Source: the human T2T-CHM13v2.0 reference genome, Homo sapiens
Assembly (NCBI RefSeq): GCF_009914755.1
Contig: NC_060926.1
Strand: one strand, 5' to 3'
DNA: 64,000 nt
The position numbers were made by a program, and so were the translations under genes. The first letter of the stretch is position 1, and every line of letters starts with the position of its first letter. Of this stretch, positions 26,578 through 41,060 are shown one piece after another. Below the pieces are notes generated by a model that worked only from the letters and a program-made list of their open reading frames with translations, ran no database searches and was not told where the DNA came from.

Positions 26578-26951
26578 TCTATTGGTCCATTTTCATACTG
26601 TTGTAAAGAACTGCCCAAGACTGGGTAATTTATACAGGAAAAAGATTTAATTGACTCACAGTTCGGCATGACTGGGGAGACCTCAGGAAACTTACAATCA
26701 TGGCAGAAGGTGATGGGGAAGCAAAGCACCTTCATCACAAGGTGGCAGGAAGGAGAAGTGCCCAGTGAAGAGGGAAGAGGCCTATATAAAACCATCACAT
26801 CTCATAAGAACTCACTATCATGAGGTCAGCATTGGGGAACTGACCCCATGATTAAATTATCTCCACCTGGTCTCTCCCTTGACACGTGGGGATTATGGGG
26901 ATTACAATTCAAGATGAGATTTGGGTGGGGGCACAAAACCTAACCATATCA
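26578..26951 (-). mobile_element. THE1C-like MaLR LTR (3' LTR)
   Basis: ctcaggaaacttacaatcatggcagaagg...ccacctggtctctcccttgacacgtgggg...cctaaccatatca; adjacent PPT ttctgcccc. Confidence 0.9.
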
Positions 26952-27776
26952 TTCTGCCCCGGGCCCCTCCCAAACCTCATGTCTCTTTTACATTTCAAAA
27001 CAAATCATGCCTTCCCAATAGTCCCCCAAAGTCTTTTTTTTTTTTTAATACTTTAAGTTCTGGGATACCTGTGCAGAACGTGCACGTTTGTTACATAGGT
27101 CTACACATGCCATGGTGGTTTGCTGCACCCATCAACCCGTCATCTACATTAGGTATTTCTTCTGATGCTATCCCTCCCCTAACTCCCATTCCTCATCAGG
27201 CCCCGGTGTGTGATGTTCCCCTCCCTGTGTCCATGTGTTCTCATTGTTCAACTCCCACTTACGAGTGAGAACATGCGGTGTTTGGTTTTCTGTTCCTGTG
27301 TAAGCTTGCTGAGAATGATGGTTTTCAGCTTCATCCATATCCCTGCAAAGGACATTAACTCATCCTTTCTATGGCTGCATATTACTCTATGGTGTATATG
27401 TGCCACATTTTCTTAATCCAGTCTATCATTGATGGGCATTTGGGTTGGTTCCATGTCTTTGCTTTTGTGAACAGTGCTGCAGTAAACATATGTATGCATG
27501 CGTCTTTATAGCAGAATGATTTATAATCCTTTGAGTATATACCCAGTAATGGCATTGCTGGGTCAAACGGTATTACTGGTTCTAGATCCTTGAGGAAGTG
27601 CCACACTGTCTTCCACAATGGTTGAACTAGTTTACCGTCCCAGCAACAGTGTAAAAGCGTTCCTGTTTCTCCACATCCTCTCCAGCATCTGTTATTTCCC
27701 GACTTTTTAATGTTCACCATTCTAACTGGCGTGAGATGGTATCTCATTGTGGTTTTGATTTGCATTGATCTAATGA

Positions 27777-28457
<681 letters not shown>

Positions 28458-30668
28458 TAAGTTTCTTGTAGATTCTGGATATTAGCCCTTTGTCAGATGG
28501 ATAGATTGCAAAATTTTCCCCCCATTCTGTAGTTTGCCTATTCACTCTGATGACGGTTTCTTTTGCTGTTCAGAAGCTTCATTCCAGCACTAACCCAAAA
28601 GTCCAAGTCCAAAGTCTCATCTGAGACAAGGCAAGTCTCTTCCACCTATGAGCCTGTAATATCAAAAGCAAGTTAGTTACTTCCTAGATACAATGGGGGT
28701 AAAGGCATTGGGTAAATATAGCTGTTCCAAATGAGCGAAATTGGCCAAAATGAAGGGGCTCCAGGCCCCATGCGAGTCTGAAATCCAGCAGGGCAATCAA
28801 ATCTTAAAGCTCTGAAATGTTCTCCTTTGCCTCTATGTCTCACATCTAGGTCATGCTGATGGAAGAGGTGGGCTCCCATGGCCTTACACAATACCTAACC
28901 AAGGAGTTGAAAGACCTCTACAACAAAAACTACAAAACACTGCTGAAAGAAATCATAGATGACACAAACAAATAAAAACACATCCCATACTCATGGATGG
29001 GCAGAACCAATAATGTCAAAATGACCATGCTGCCAAAAGCAATCTAAAAATTTAATGCAATTCCCATCAAAATATCATTATAATTCTTCACACAACTAGA
29101 AAAAACAACCCTAAAATTCATATGGAACTAAAACAAAAAAAAAGCCTGCATAGCCAAAGCCAGACTAAGCAGCAAAAAAACAAATCTGGAGGCATCACAT
29201 TACCTGGCTTCAAACTATACTACAAGGCTATAATCACCAAAACTGCATGGTTCTGGTATAAAAATAAGCATGTAGACTAATGGAACAGAATAGAGAACCC
29301 AGAAATAAAGCCAAATACTTACAGCCAGCTGATCTTCAACAAAGCAAACAAAAACATAAAGTGGAGAAAGTACACCCTATTTAACAATTGGTGCTGGGAT
29401 AATTGGCAAGACACATGTAGGAGAATGAAACTAGATCCTAATCTCTCACCTTATACAAACATCAATTCAATATGGATCAAAGATTTAAATCTGAGACCTG
29501 AAACTGTAAACATTCTAGAAGGTAACATCAGAAAAACCCTTCTAAACATTGGCTTAGGCAAAGACTTCATGACCAAGAACCCAAAAGCAAATGCAACAAA
29601 AACAAAAATAAAAAGGTGGAACTTAATTAAACTAAAAAGCTTCTATACCGCAAAAGAAATAATCAGCAGAGTAAACAGAACCCTCAGAGTGGGAGAAAAT
29701 CTTCACAAACGAAGCATTCAACAAAGGAATAATATCCAGAATCTACAAGGCAATCAAACAAATCACAAGACAAAAAAAAAAAAATCCAACCAAATACAAA
29801 TAATCACATCAAAAAGTTGGCTAAGGACATAAATAGACAATTATCAAAAGAAGATATACACATGGCCAACAAACATATTTTTAAAATGCTCAGTATCACT
29901 AATTATCAGGGAAATGCAAATCAAAACCACAGTGCAATACCACCTTACTTCTGCAAGAATGGTCATAATTAAAAAATCCAAAAATAATAGATGTTGGCAT
30001 GGCTGTGGTGAAAAGGGAACACTTTTACCCTGCTGGTATGGAAAAAAATATGGAGATTCCTTAAAGAACTAAAAGTAGATTTGCCATTTGCTCCAGGAAT
30101 CCTGCTACTGGATATCTACCCAGAGGAAAAGTCATAATATAAAAAAGACACTTGCACATGCATGTTTATAGCAACATAATTCGCAATTGCAAAAATATGG
30201 AACCAGCCCAAATGCTCATCGATCAACGAGTGGATAAAGAAAATGCAATATATATATATACATATACTATGAAATACTACTCAGTCATAAAAAAGAATGA
30301 AATAATGTAATTCGAAGGAACCTGGATGGATTTGGAGACCATTATTCTAAGTGAAGTAACCCAGGAATGGAAAACGATGCATTGTATGTTCTCACTCATG
30401 AGACGGAGCTAAGCTCTAAGGATGCAAAGACATAAAAATGATGCAATGGACTTTGCAGATTCAGGGGGAAGGGTGGGAGGGGAGTGAGGGATAAAAGACT
30501 ATACATTGGATACGGTGTATACTGCTTGGGTGATGGGTGCACCAAAATCTCAGAAATCACCACTAAAGAACTTATCCATGTAACCAAACACCACCTGTTC
30601 CCCAAAAACCTACTGAAATTTATAAAAAATCATTTAAAAGATGGAATAAGGAGCTGGGGTTATTGGAG

Positions 30669-30722
30669 TCATCTCTCTACCTCATTCCCTGACTTTGTTC
30701 AGGGAATGAGGTAGAGAGATGA
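30669..30722. repeat. Perfect 24-bp inverted repeat with 6-nt loop
   Basis: tcatctctctacctcattccctga-ctttgt-tcagggaatgaggtagagagatga; arms checked base by base. Confidence 0.97.
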
Positions 30723-31519
30723 AATTCTGTGAGTTCTCTAGCAGTTTTTCATAAGGGTGGATAAGAACTCAGGTGAACCTATAGGGTTTTAGAACTTAGA
30801 GAACCTAGAAGTAAAGAGTTCTTAGAAATCATCCAGGGCAAACTCTTCATATAACAGTTTCTTTCTTATCATTCATGTGGTTTATAAGTCTTATCCAAAG
30901 ATAGTAGCAATCCTAGTCATGCTAATTCTAATTCACTACTTACCCATAGTAGAGTGGAAACTTTTACCAAAATATCTGGAAACAGTTTTAAATTGTTTTT
31001 CTCTACCAGGATGCCCCCATGTTGAAGGAAGTAGGCAAAAACTGTGATAAAAATATGAGCTAGTCCTTTCTCTTTTGAATGCCTTAAAAACACCCAAAGA
31101 ATCTGTGAGCTGGTAGAAACCCAAGAGGCTACTTCTTTATACATTCTTTGTCTTGTTCTGAAAAATAATTTACGGCAGCTTTAGAAGTCAACTAGTAAAA
31201 CCTTATTTCCCACAGAGGAACCTTCTCTATGACATCTCAAATTGATATTTTCTTTTATTCTTCAAAGATGAAACACATTCACAAGTATCTTTCCATTGAT
31301 AAAGCTGATTATTAGAAAAAGAAATCTCCCCTATATGGATTTACATCCTCTTTCCTAGAATATACACTTTATTTAATACAGTCCACCTTTAGGACTTCTT
31401 TCAAGATCATAATCTGTCCATAATCTTCCCAGCAACCCTAGAAATTTATCTTCCTATATCAAAGAAATGGCCTAACAGAATCACTTGTCCACTGTCAACA
31501 GTAAGTTGCCTCTTCTGAT

Positions 31520-33240
<1,721 letters not shown>

Positions 33241-33749
33241 GAGGATAGGGATACAAAGCTAATATGGATTCGACCATCTTAAAACTAACTCCTAGAAAAA
33301 TGCTCTCACTCTACAAGAAAAAAAGAGCATCGTTATCTGAAAGCTCCATAGTCCCCAAAGCAATACATTAACATAGCTATAGGAATCCAGTGTTTGGCTA
33401 GTACTTACTCAGTCTGTTGGGGGCTAATTGTTCAAGGGGTTGCAGTCTTCATGGAGAAAGTACACAGAAACAATGAAGAATAAACTAGCACCAGATCCAA
33501 AAGGTTGGGGGTGGGGGCAACCCTATGAAATGTTGCTGTCATTTTACTCCATGAATATGAACAATACTTCAACATACTTGACATTTAAGGAAAGCTTGGT
33601 TTATAATAAACTTTGGATTCTTGAGAGGCTTTTATGAAATTTTGTCTTTAGTAGCACAAAGTAGGGTTAATCCAATTCTATAAGCCTTAAACCAATACTC
33701 CAGAGCGCAGTTTGTTAAGAACCTATGATTGAGTTCTAGACTAACATAC

Positions 33750-35050
33750 CAAATGTATCTCAGGGTTTAATCCTTAGATGGCTCTTCTTTTCTCTATCTA
33801 CATTCAATCCTCTGGTATTCTCATGGCTTTCAATATCATCTATACTCTGCTAACAGCTAAATTCTCTAGTTCAATTCTCTTACCTGAACTCTAAATTCAT
33901 ACCCAATTGCTTATTTGACATTACTGCTTGGATATCCAATACACATCTCAAACTAAATATTTCTAAAACTGAATGGTTCATCACTTTCCAAACCTGGTCC
34001 TTTTGAAGGCTATGCCATCTTAGTTAACTGCAAATATATCTTTTCAATTGCTCAGGCTATAAACTTCAAGTCATCTTTAATTTCTCCTTTTCTTTTTTCA
34101 CCCCAAATTTGATTTTTCAACACATCTTCTTGGCTCCTTCTTCAAAATACATCTAGAATCTGACTTCTTCTCACCATTTCAACCTCTACCACTTGATCTG
34201 AGCCACCATCTTCTCTTGACTAAATCTATTGTGATAGATCTCTAACTGGTTTCCCTAGTTCTATGCTGTCCTCGCTCTAATCCATTCTTTACCACAAAAC
34301 CCAGAATAATCCATTTAAAACTAAGCTCAAAGATATCATTCCATTACTCAAAATTCTTCAGTGTTTCCTCATCTCACTCACTCAGGTTAAAAACCAAAAT
34401 CTTTACTATGGCCTACAAGACCCTACATAAATCTGGCTCTTCATGACCTCTAAGATTTCATATCAAACTATTATGCATCTGGCTCATGCTGCCCCAGTAC
34501 TCCTAGCTCTGGTCTCCCAATGATGTCATCATGTTCCTGCCTTAGGGGCTTTGCACAGGCTTTCCTCAGATATTCTCATTGCTTACTTCTTTGCCATTTT
34601 AAGTTATTGCCAAAAAATATCACTTTCTCAGTCAATAACCCCCTGACTACCCTGTTTAAAATGTACTTAGTGCCCAGAACTACTTACCCTTTTTTCTGCT
34701 TTGTTTTTCTTTCATGTAATGTCACCTTTTAAGATACTCTATAATTTACTTTTCTTTTTTTTTTTTTTTTTTTGAGACAACGTCTTGCCCTGTTGCCCAG
34801 TCTAGAGTGCAGTGGCACAATCTCGGCCCACTGCAACCTCAACCTCCTAGGCTCAAGCCTTCCTCCCACCTTATAATGTACTTTTTCACTTTTATTTATT
34901 ATCTACCTTCTTCCAGTGGAATATATAAACTCCACCAAAGCAATCATTTTTGTCTTGTTTTTTATTTCCCCTCTCTCTGTCTCCACTGTTTTATTTCCAG
35001 TACCCAGAATAGTTCCTGGAACAAAATAGGTTTTTAAATAAATGATTTTT
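33750..35050 (+). mobile_element. L2 LINE 3' region
   Basis: cttttctctatctacattc...cacatctcaaactaaat...tggcctacaagaccctaca...tttccagtacccagaatagttcctggaaca. Confidence 0.85.
34755..34871 (-). mobile_element. 5'-truncated AluJ fragment in L2
   Basis: T tail plus about 100 bp of right arm; TSD tataat(t/g)tactttt at 34740-34753 and 34872-34885. Confidence 0.88.
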
Positions 35051-35569
35051 AAGTGACTCAGTTAATAAAGAAGTTTAACTGGCTTTGTGGCCCTGATAGG
35101 ACAGGTCACTTAACCTTACATCCTGTGTATCCTGATTTGTAAAATGTGATTCATGATTCTTATTAAGGTGTCTTCCACACTCTGAAATTAAAGTGATGCT
35201 CACAGATCCATAGTTATGGAAGGAAGCCCAGTGAAGTTCTGGGGCACAGCCTGGCTGTTTGAAGACGGTTGTAAGCCAAGCTGCTGTGGCCATGAGAAAG
35301 GCACCCAGTGGTTCCTGTGATAAAGACTGAGTTTCAACAGAACTTGGTGTTAAGGAGAATCTGAGGTTGCACTACCCTCTCTAAAATAGTCATAAATAAA
35401 ATCTGTCTGGTGGTTTCATCTTTATATCTTTTTTCTGCTTTGGGCAACCCAAGCCTTGTTCACTGCCTCTACTCAGCATGATTTTGTAAATGCTAGCCAC
35501 ACTACAGAGTTTAAAGGTATGAAATATCTAATTAAAATGAGACTTCTGGTGGGAATAGCTTTCAGAGAG

Positions 35570-35800
35570 TAGTAATATGACTAGACAATATTTAACAAAA
35601 AAAAAAGTCTGAGTCTAGGAGTCAAGGGAACTGGATCCTAAATCTGGTTCTGTCACTGTGTGACTTCAGAGAAGTCACTTAGCCTTTATGCCTCAGTTTT
35701 CTCATTTGTCAAACCGGGATTTGCCAGCCCTCAAAGGATAATTGTAGGGATTGCATAAAATAACAGATAAAAAAGTACTTTTAAAGTTTACAAATGCCCT
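35570..35800 (+). mobile_element. MIR SINE
   Basis: ggagtcaagggaactggatcctaaatctggttctgtcact...gtcacttagcc...cctcagttttctcatttgt. Confidence 0.8.
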
Positions 35801-36362
35801 GCATGTTTCATCCTTTTAAAGCACTAACGATGTGTTATGTTCTGAAAATGACAGAGAATTAAATGTGATCTTCACTCATAAAACTAGGAGATACAATCCT
35901 ACAGGTTCACAATTTACCTAACAGGATATGACATGATCACTGGGAGATACTCCAGAAAAGAGGCTGTTGACAGAGTGGAAAAGTCAGGCATATGCAATTA
36001 TAATGTTGAATCCAATCATCATCATGAGTTCAGGGTAGATATTTATGGATCATTATGGAGACCAGGAGGAACCTGACATTTTGAGTGGGTGGTAGAAGAT
36101 TTTCTTTGGAGAGGTAAAGTTATCAAAGACAAAATCACTTCCAACTTAAGAAGCAGATATTTTACAAGCTGTACATTTCATCCATTTAACAGGCCCTAGC
36201 ATTTGCTGCATACAGAAATTAAGTTTGGTTGACATGAGAGCATACTGGATATTCTGAGTGCCACACTTGGTACCAGCACAGCTGTAATCAGGACAGATTG
36301 CAATAAGGATACCTTTTTCTGGGTCCACAGATACTGACAAAATCCATGTTTTCTTTTTCCAG

Positions 36363-36456
36363 GGCCCAGCTCAGAAATCAGCGCTGATCAAATAAAGCAC
36401 ACATTCCCTTTGGCACTAAATTTGACTCGGCAGCGTCTGTACAGGGATCCTGGCAA
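36363..36456 (+). other. Candidate 94-nt internal exon, probably non-coding
   Basis: Branch-point-like tactgac (36332-36338), tract ttttctttttccag, donor CAA/gtaaga; lies in unique sequence. Confidence 0.35.
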
Positions 36457-38135
36457 GTAAGAGAATCATTTTTCTAAGCCATGGCCAGTCCCTGGAAGTG
36501 AATTTAATCATAGTATGGTGTTCCAAGAGGGGAAGTGAGAAATTTTCAGAGATGGGCAGAAGGGAAGATATAAGAATAATCATAACAAGATTCTAAGGGG
36601 GAAAGCCATATTGAATTAAACTTTAGATAATCTACAGCAGCTCTGCAGTGCCCAAATAAGTGCCTATAATACATGTGTTAATTAATGAAAGAATGAAACC
36701 TAGTCAGGGTCGGCTAAGTATCTATAATTGTATTCATTTGGTTGCAGAACCAGAACATTCAGCCTTTAGAATCACTGGGGATTGGCTCACCGCTGTGTGG
36801 AAGCACAACTGTTATTTCTGAATGCCATCCACGTGGCTCAGCCACTGAGATGAAGCACCATTCAGAAGAAGCAAATGTGTGCTCTATGTTTCACCCAGTC
36901 TGATTTGGCCAAGATCACACAGATAGGTTCTACAAAGAAAGCACTATTGCCATTATCATCGAAATACAAATCTACTTTTGGAAGACAAGTGCCTTATAAA
37001 TACACCAATTGAAAAGCAAAGTGAATTTAAGCTACGTAAGTATGAGGAGATTCTTTAACAGAAATGCCCTCTTCTAAGTTTCTCTGCCAAATCTTCTTAC
37101 TACATTTAAAGTTCTCAAAACCTTTTTGTTTCATGTCCTTGATTCTGGTCTCTTCAATGACTTTAGCTACTCTTTAGTACTTATACAGAGAAACTTCTCT
37201 TATATGATACAGTCAGGGAATGCAATATCCCAGCTCTACAATATTCTGGCTTCTGGAAAGATATGCTTTTGACATACCATATAACATTTTCAACAGGTTT
37301 CGAACAATAATAATACATGATATTCTATTACATCATATTATATTAAATCATATTATAATCATATATGGGTACTTGTGCTGAATGTAGTATAATCTTCTCC
37401 TGGTGACTCATCAAGTATTTTAGGATCATGGTTTGTCTGTTTTATTGATGCTCACAAAAGCAAAACAACTATGCCAAAGTGCTGGTGAGTGAAGCATTAT
37501 ATTGAATAGATTCCTGCTAAACCCGAGAACATCTTTGCCCTGAAACTATCTGGTATCTAGATAGCTCATGGTAACCCTAGGCATTTGCTGTCAACATAAC
37601 AAGATCAGCTCTACTTAGTTTCCCAGATCAAACAAGATCAGTTGTGCTCTATTTAGTGTAGTTTAACGTCTTCCTGTGATTACATTCATTTATGTTTTAG
37701 GTTTTTTTTCACAATAGACTCCTTCTTTTGTTTTCATTTCAGATTGTCTCCAGGCTCCAAGATTTTATTTTTTCATAGCAATTTCTTCCCCTCGATGCTT
37801 ATTTTAATGCTATGCACAATGAATTCCTCAAAAACTAGCCACTAACTGGTACTTACTGGCTATGTTTTGTGAAACAAAAATTACAGGAGGCCATTGTTTT
37901 AGGATGGAATTCCTGCACTAGTCCCTAACAAATTGGACCAAACCAAAACAGGGTCACTCATGCTAAATGGCACATAATCAAACTAAAGCTTTAAGAAATC
38001 AAATAGATCCCAAATGGACCAAATTTTCCTGAAAATAGGAGACTCCAGTCTACCTGAGTCAGAGTAATAAGGAAGTCCTCTCTCTTTGAACCTGCACAAA
38101 AAAGTAACCTGATATTAAATAATCAGTTATTTTTA

Positions 38136-38435
38136 TTCTTTTTTTTATGTGGGGTCTCACTCTGTCACCCAAGCTGGGGTGCAGAGGTGCAATAATGGGT
38201 CATTGCAGCATAGAAATACTAGGTTCAAGAGATCCTCTCCCCTCACCCTCCTGAGTAGCTGGGACTAACTACAGGCACACACTACCACGCCCAGCCAATT
38301 TTTTATTTTGTTTTTTGTAGAGATGAGGTCTCACTTTGTTACCCAGGCTGCTCTCAAACTCTGGACATCAAGCAATTCTCTTGCCTCATCCTCCCAAAGT
38401 GCTGAAATTATAGGCATGAGCCACTGGGCCCAGCC
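38136..38435 (-). mobile_element. AluJ
   Basis: Highly diverged dimer: ggggtctcactctgtcaccc...gatcctctccc...gaggtctcactttgttaccc. Confidence 0.88.
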
Positions 38436-38450
38436 CCACTCAGATTTTTA

Positions 38451-38783
<333 letters not shown>

Positions 38784-39168
38784 TCAGTTATTTTTACATT
38801 GCTCTTTTCCTTGTCCCCCCTTTACAAAACCCACTGTTCTGCCATTGCCCAGTGGGAGCTTTACTCTATCTTGAAGAATAGAAGCTGCCCCAATTCATGA
38901 GCCACAGATAAAAACCAATTCTATCTATAACTAAATTTGTTGTAATTTTGTCTTTTGACAGTTTTATATGGCGAAAATAGCCATTGTGCTAAGTGAATAA
39001 CCAAAATGTTCTTGTAAATAACATAAATTTGTGGTTTCCTAGTATACTCTGCAGAGCTCTGGGATTCTCTAGATGTACTTCACGGACCACTGTGATATGA
39101 GGAGGCAGCTAAACTCATGTCAGTCTGCGCATCCCATATCCTTCAAGCTGAGCAACTCTGTCCTAATC

Positions 39169-39472
39169 CTTTTTCTTTTTATTTATTTATTGAGACAGGG
39201 TCTCACTCTGTCATCTAGACTGGAGTGCAATGGCTCCATCACAGCTCACTGCAGCCTCGACCTCCTGGGATCAAGTAATCGTCCTGCCTCAGCCTCCTGA
39301 GTAGCTGGGACTACAGGCATGTGCCACCACACTCAGCTAATTTTTGTATGATTTTAGACGTGGGGTCTCCCTATGTTGCCCAGGCTAGTCTCAAACATCT
39401 AGTTTCAAGCAATCCTCCTGCCTCAGCCTCCCAAAGTGCTGGGATTATGGGCAAGAGACACTGCACCTGGCC
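39169..39472 (-). mobile_element. AluJ
   Basis: acagggtctcac, acagctcactgcagcctcgacctcctggg, ctatgttgcccagg. Confidence 0.92.
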
Positions 39473-39659
39473 CTTGTCTGTTTTATATAGTGGGTTTCTA
39501 CACAAGATTGTGTGTAAATGTGTTTTATAGCAAAAAAAATAGTTTGACAATTAGTAACATTGACCCAGCTGCTAATTGACAGTGAATATTTCACTTCAGT
39601 GACTCTACTTGTTTGTTGACAAAGCTACTACTGAGCAGGGGCAGTGATATTGTCAAGTC

Positions 39660-39664
<5 letters not shown>

Positions 39665-39691
<27 letters not shown>
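39665..39691 (+). repeat. (TG)n microsatellite
   Basis: About 13 uninterrupted TG units. Confidence 0.95.
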
Positions 39692-40784
39692 ACAAATATT
39701 TTTAAATGCTTACCAATGGTTCAATACTGAATAAAGCCTATGTACTCCCAATGATTACTGTCCAAAATAGCATTATGCAAAGTACTTAACTGAGCTTCCA
39801 CCTTATGATTCTAAAAGCTAAGCAAAAATGCTTGTCACTCTTTTGAAGATATGGGTTATAATTATTGGAGAAGCACGTTCACATGCAGTTTGACTCTTCT
39901 CCACGTTGGAGTAATTACCCTGCATTGTAGCTGGACTCAGGGGATTTTGAATGTAGTAATGAATTGCTGCGAACCTTCCAAGAAATACAGAACCATATGT
40001 CTCAGGAAATGGGTTGGAGGCTGTAGCTATAGATAAGAACGTGGGAAGGGAATGCTAGTACTTCTAAAGACAACTGTGTAAGGTTATGAATTGAAATTCA
40101 TTGCTAATGTGGATGAAGCTGGAATGTATTTTTCCCATGATGTTTCGTGTGGAATTTGTCATAGTAGCAGGAAATTGGATGCTAAACTTTTAAGTTGCTT
40201 TCCAGTGATTAAAGAACAGAATGTCCAGATTCTTAGAATCTCCATACTAGAAGTTCAAATTTACATGTAGCTTATGTTATCTGGATGGCTACAATTATAA
40301 ACTCTCAGAAGCTTAGGCCAGATCATAAAAAGGCCAAAATATGAGAATGAAACCACTGAGAATTAAAATACAGAAGTTGAAAGTCACCAACTGTAGAAGT
40401 TTCATATTCAAGAGATATTTTCTTTTTCCTGAGGAGACATTTTCTTTTTCCTGAGGAGATCAAAATCCAGTCAAATAATCAAATGTAAATAAAAAATATA
40501 ACAATCAATCAAATCCATCTGTAGAAAGGATGGGATGTGTTTATAGAAGCCCAGTAATTCAAACCGAAGCTAGAAAAGGTGGTATCAAAACTAAAGATTT
40601 ATAAAAATTTGTACTATCCAAGAAGAAGAGAGACTATATCTAGGTCACCTGAGGTAAATTCTATCAATAAATAAGGGTGGTTCACCAAGCTTACAGCCTG
40701 CTAAGACAATATTCCAGATCTCAAGCTTTCTTACAGACAGGAGACAATCTTTCAGATTTCAAGAAAGAAAGAATAGATAAAATA

Positions 40785-41060
40785 GACATCTACAGTCAGT
40801 TGACTTTAAGTAAAAGAGATAATCCTATATCATCTGAGTGGCCCTAATTCAATCAGTTGAAAAGCTTTACAGCAGAATGGTTTCCTGGAAGAAGAAATTC
40901 TACCTATCAGCTTCAGCTTGATACATTTTGGACTTGTCTAACCAGCTCCCACAACTGCAGCCTGGGTGACAGAGTGAGACCCTGACTCAAAAAAAAAAAA
41001 AAAAATCCTTAGTGTATATTGCCTATTAGTTCTGTTTCTCTGGTTGAACTCTGACTGAAC
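40785..41060 (+). mobile_element. MLT2 (ERVL) LTR fragment containing a short Alu 3' end (40957-41005)
   Basis: gactttaagtaaaagagataatcc...aattcaatcagttgaa...cctattagttctgtttctctgg..ctgact. Confidence 0.75.
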
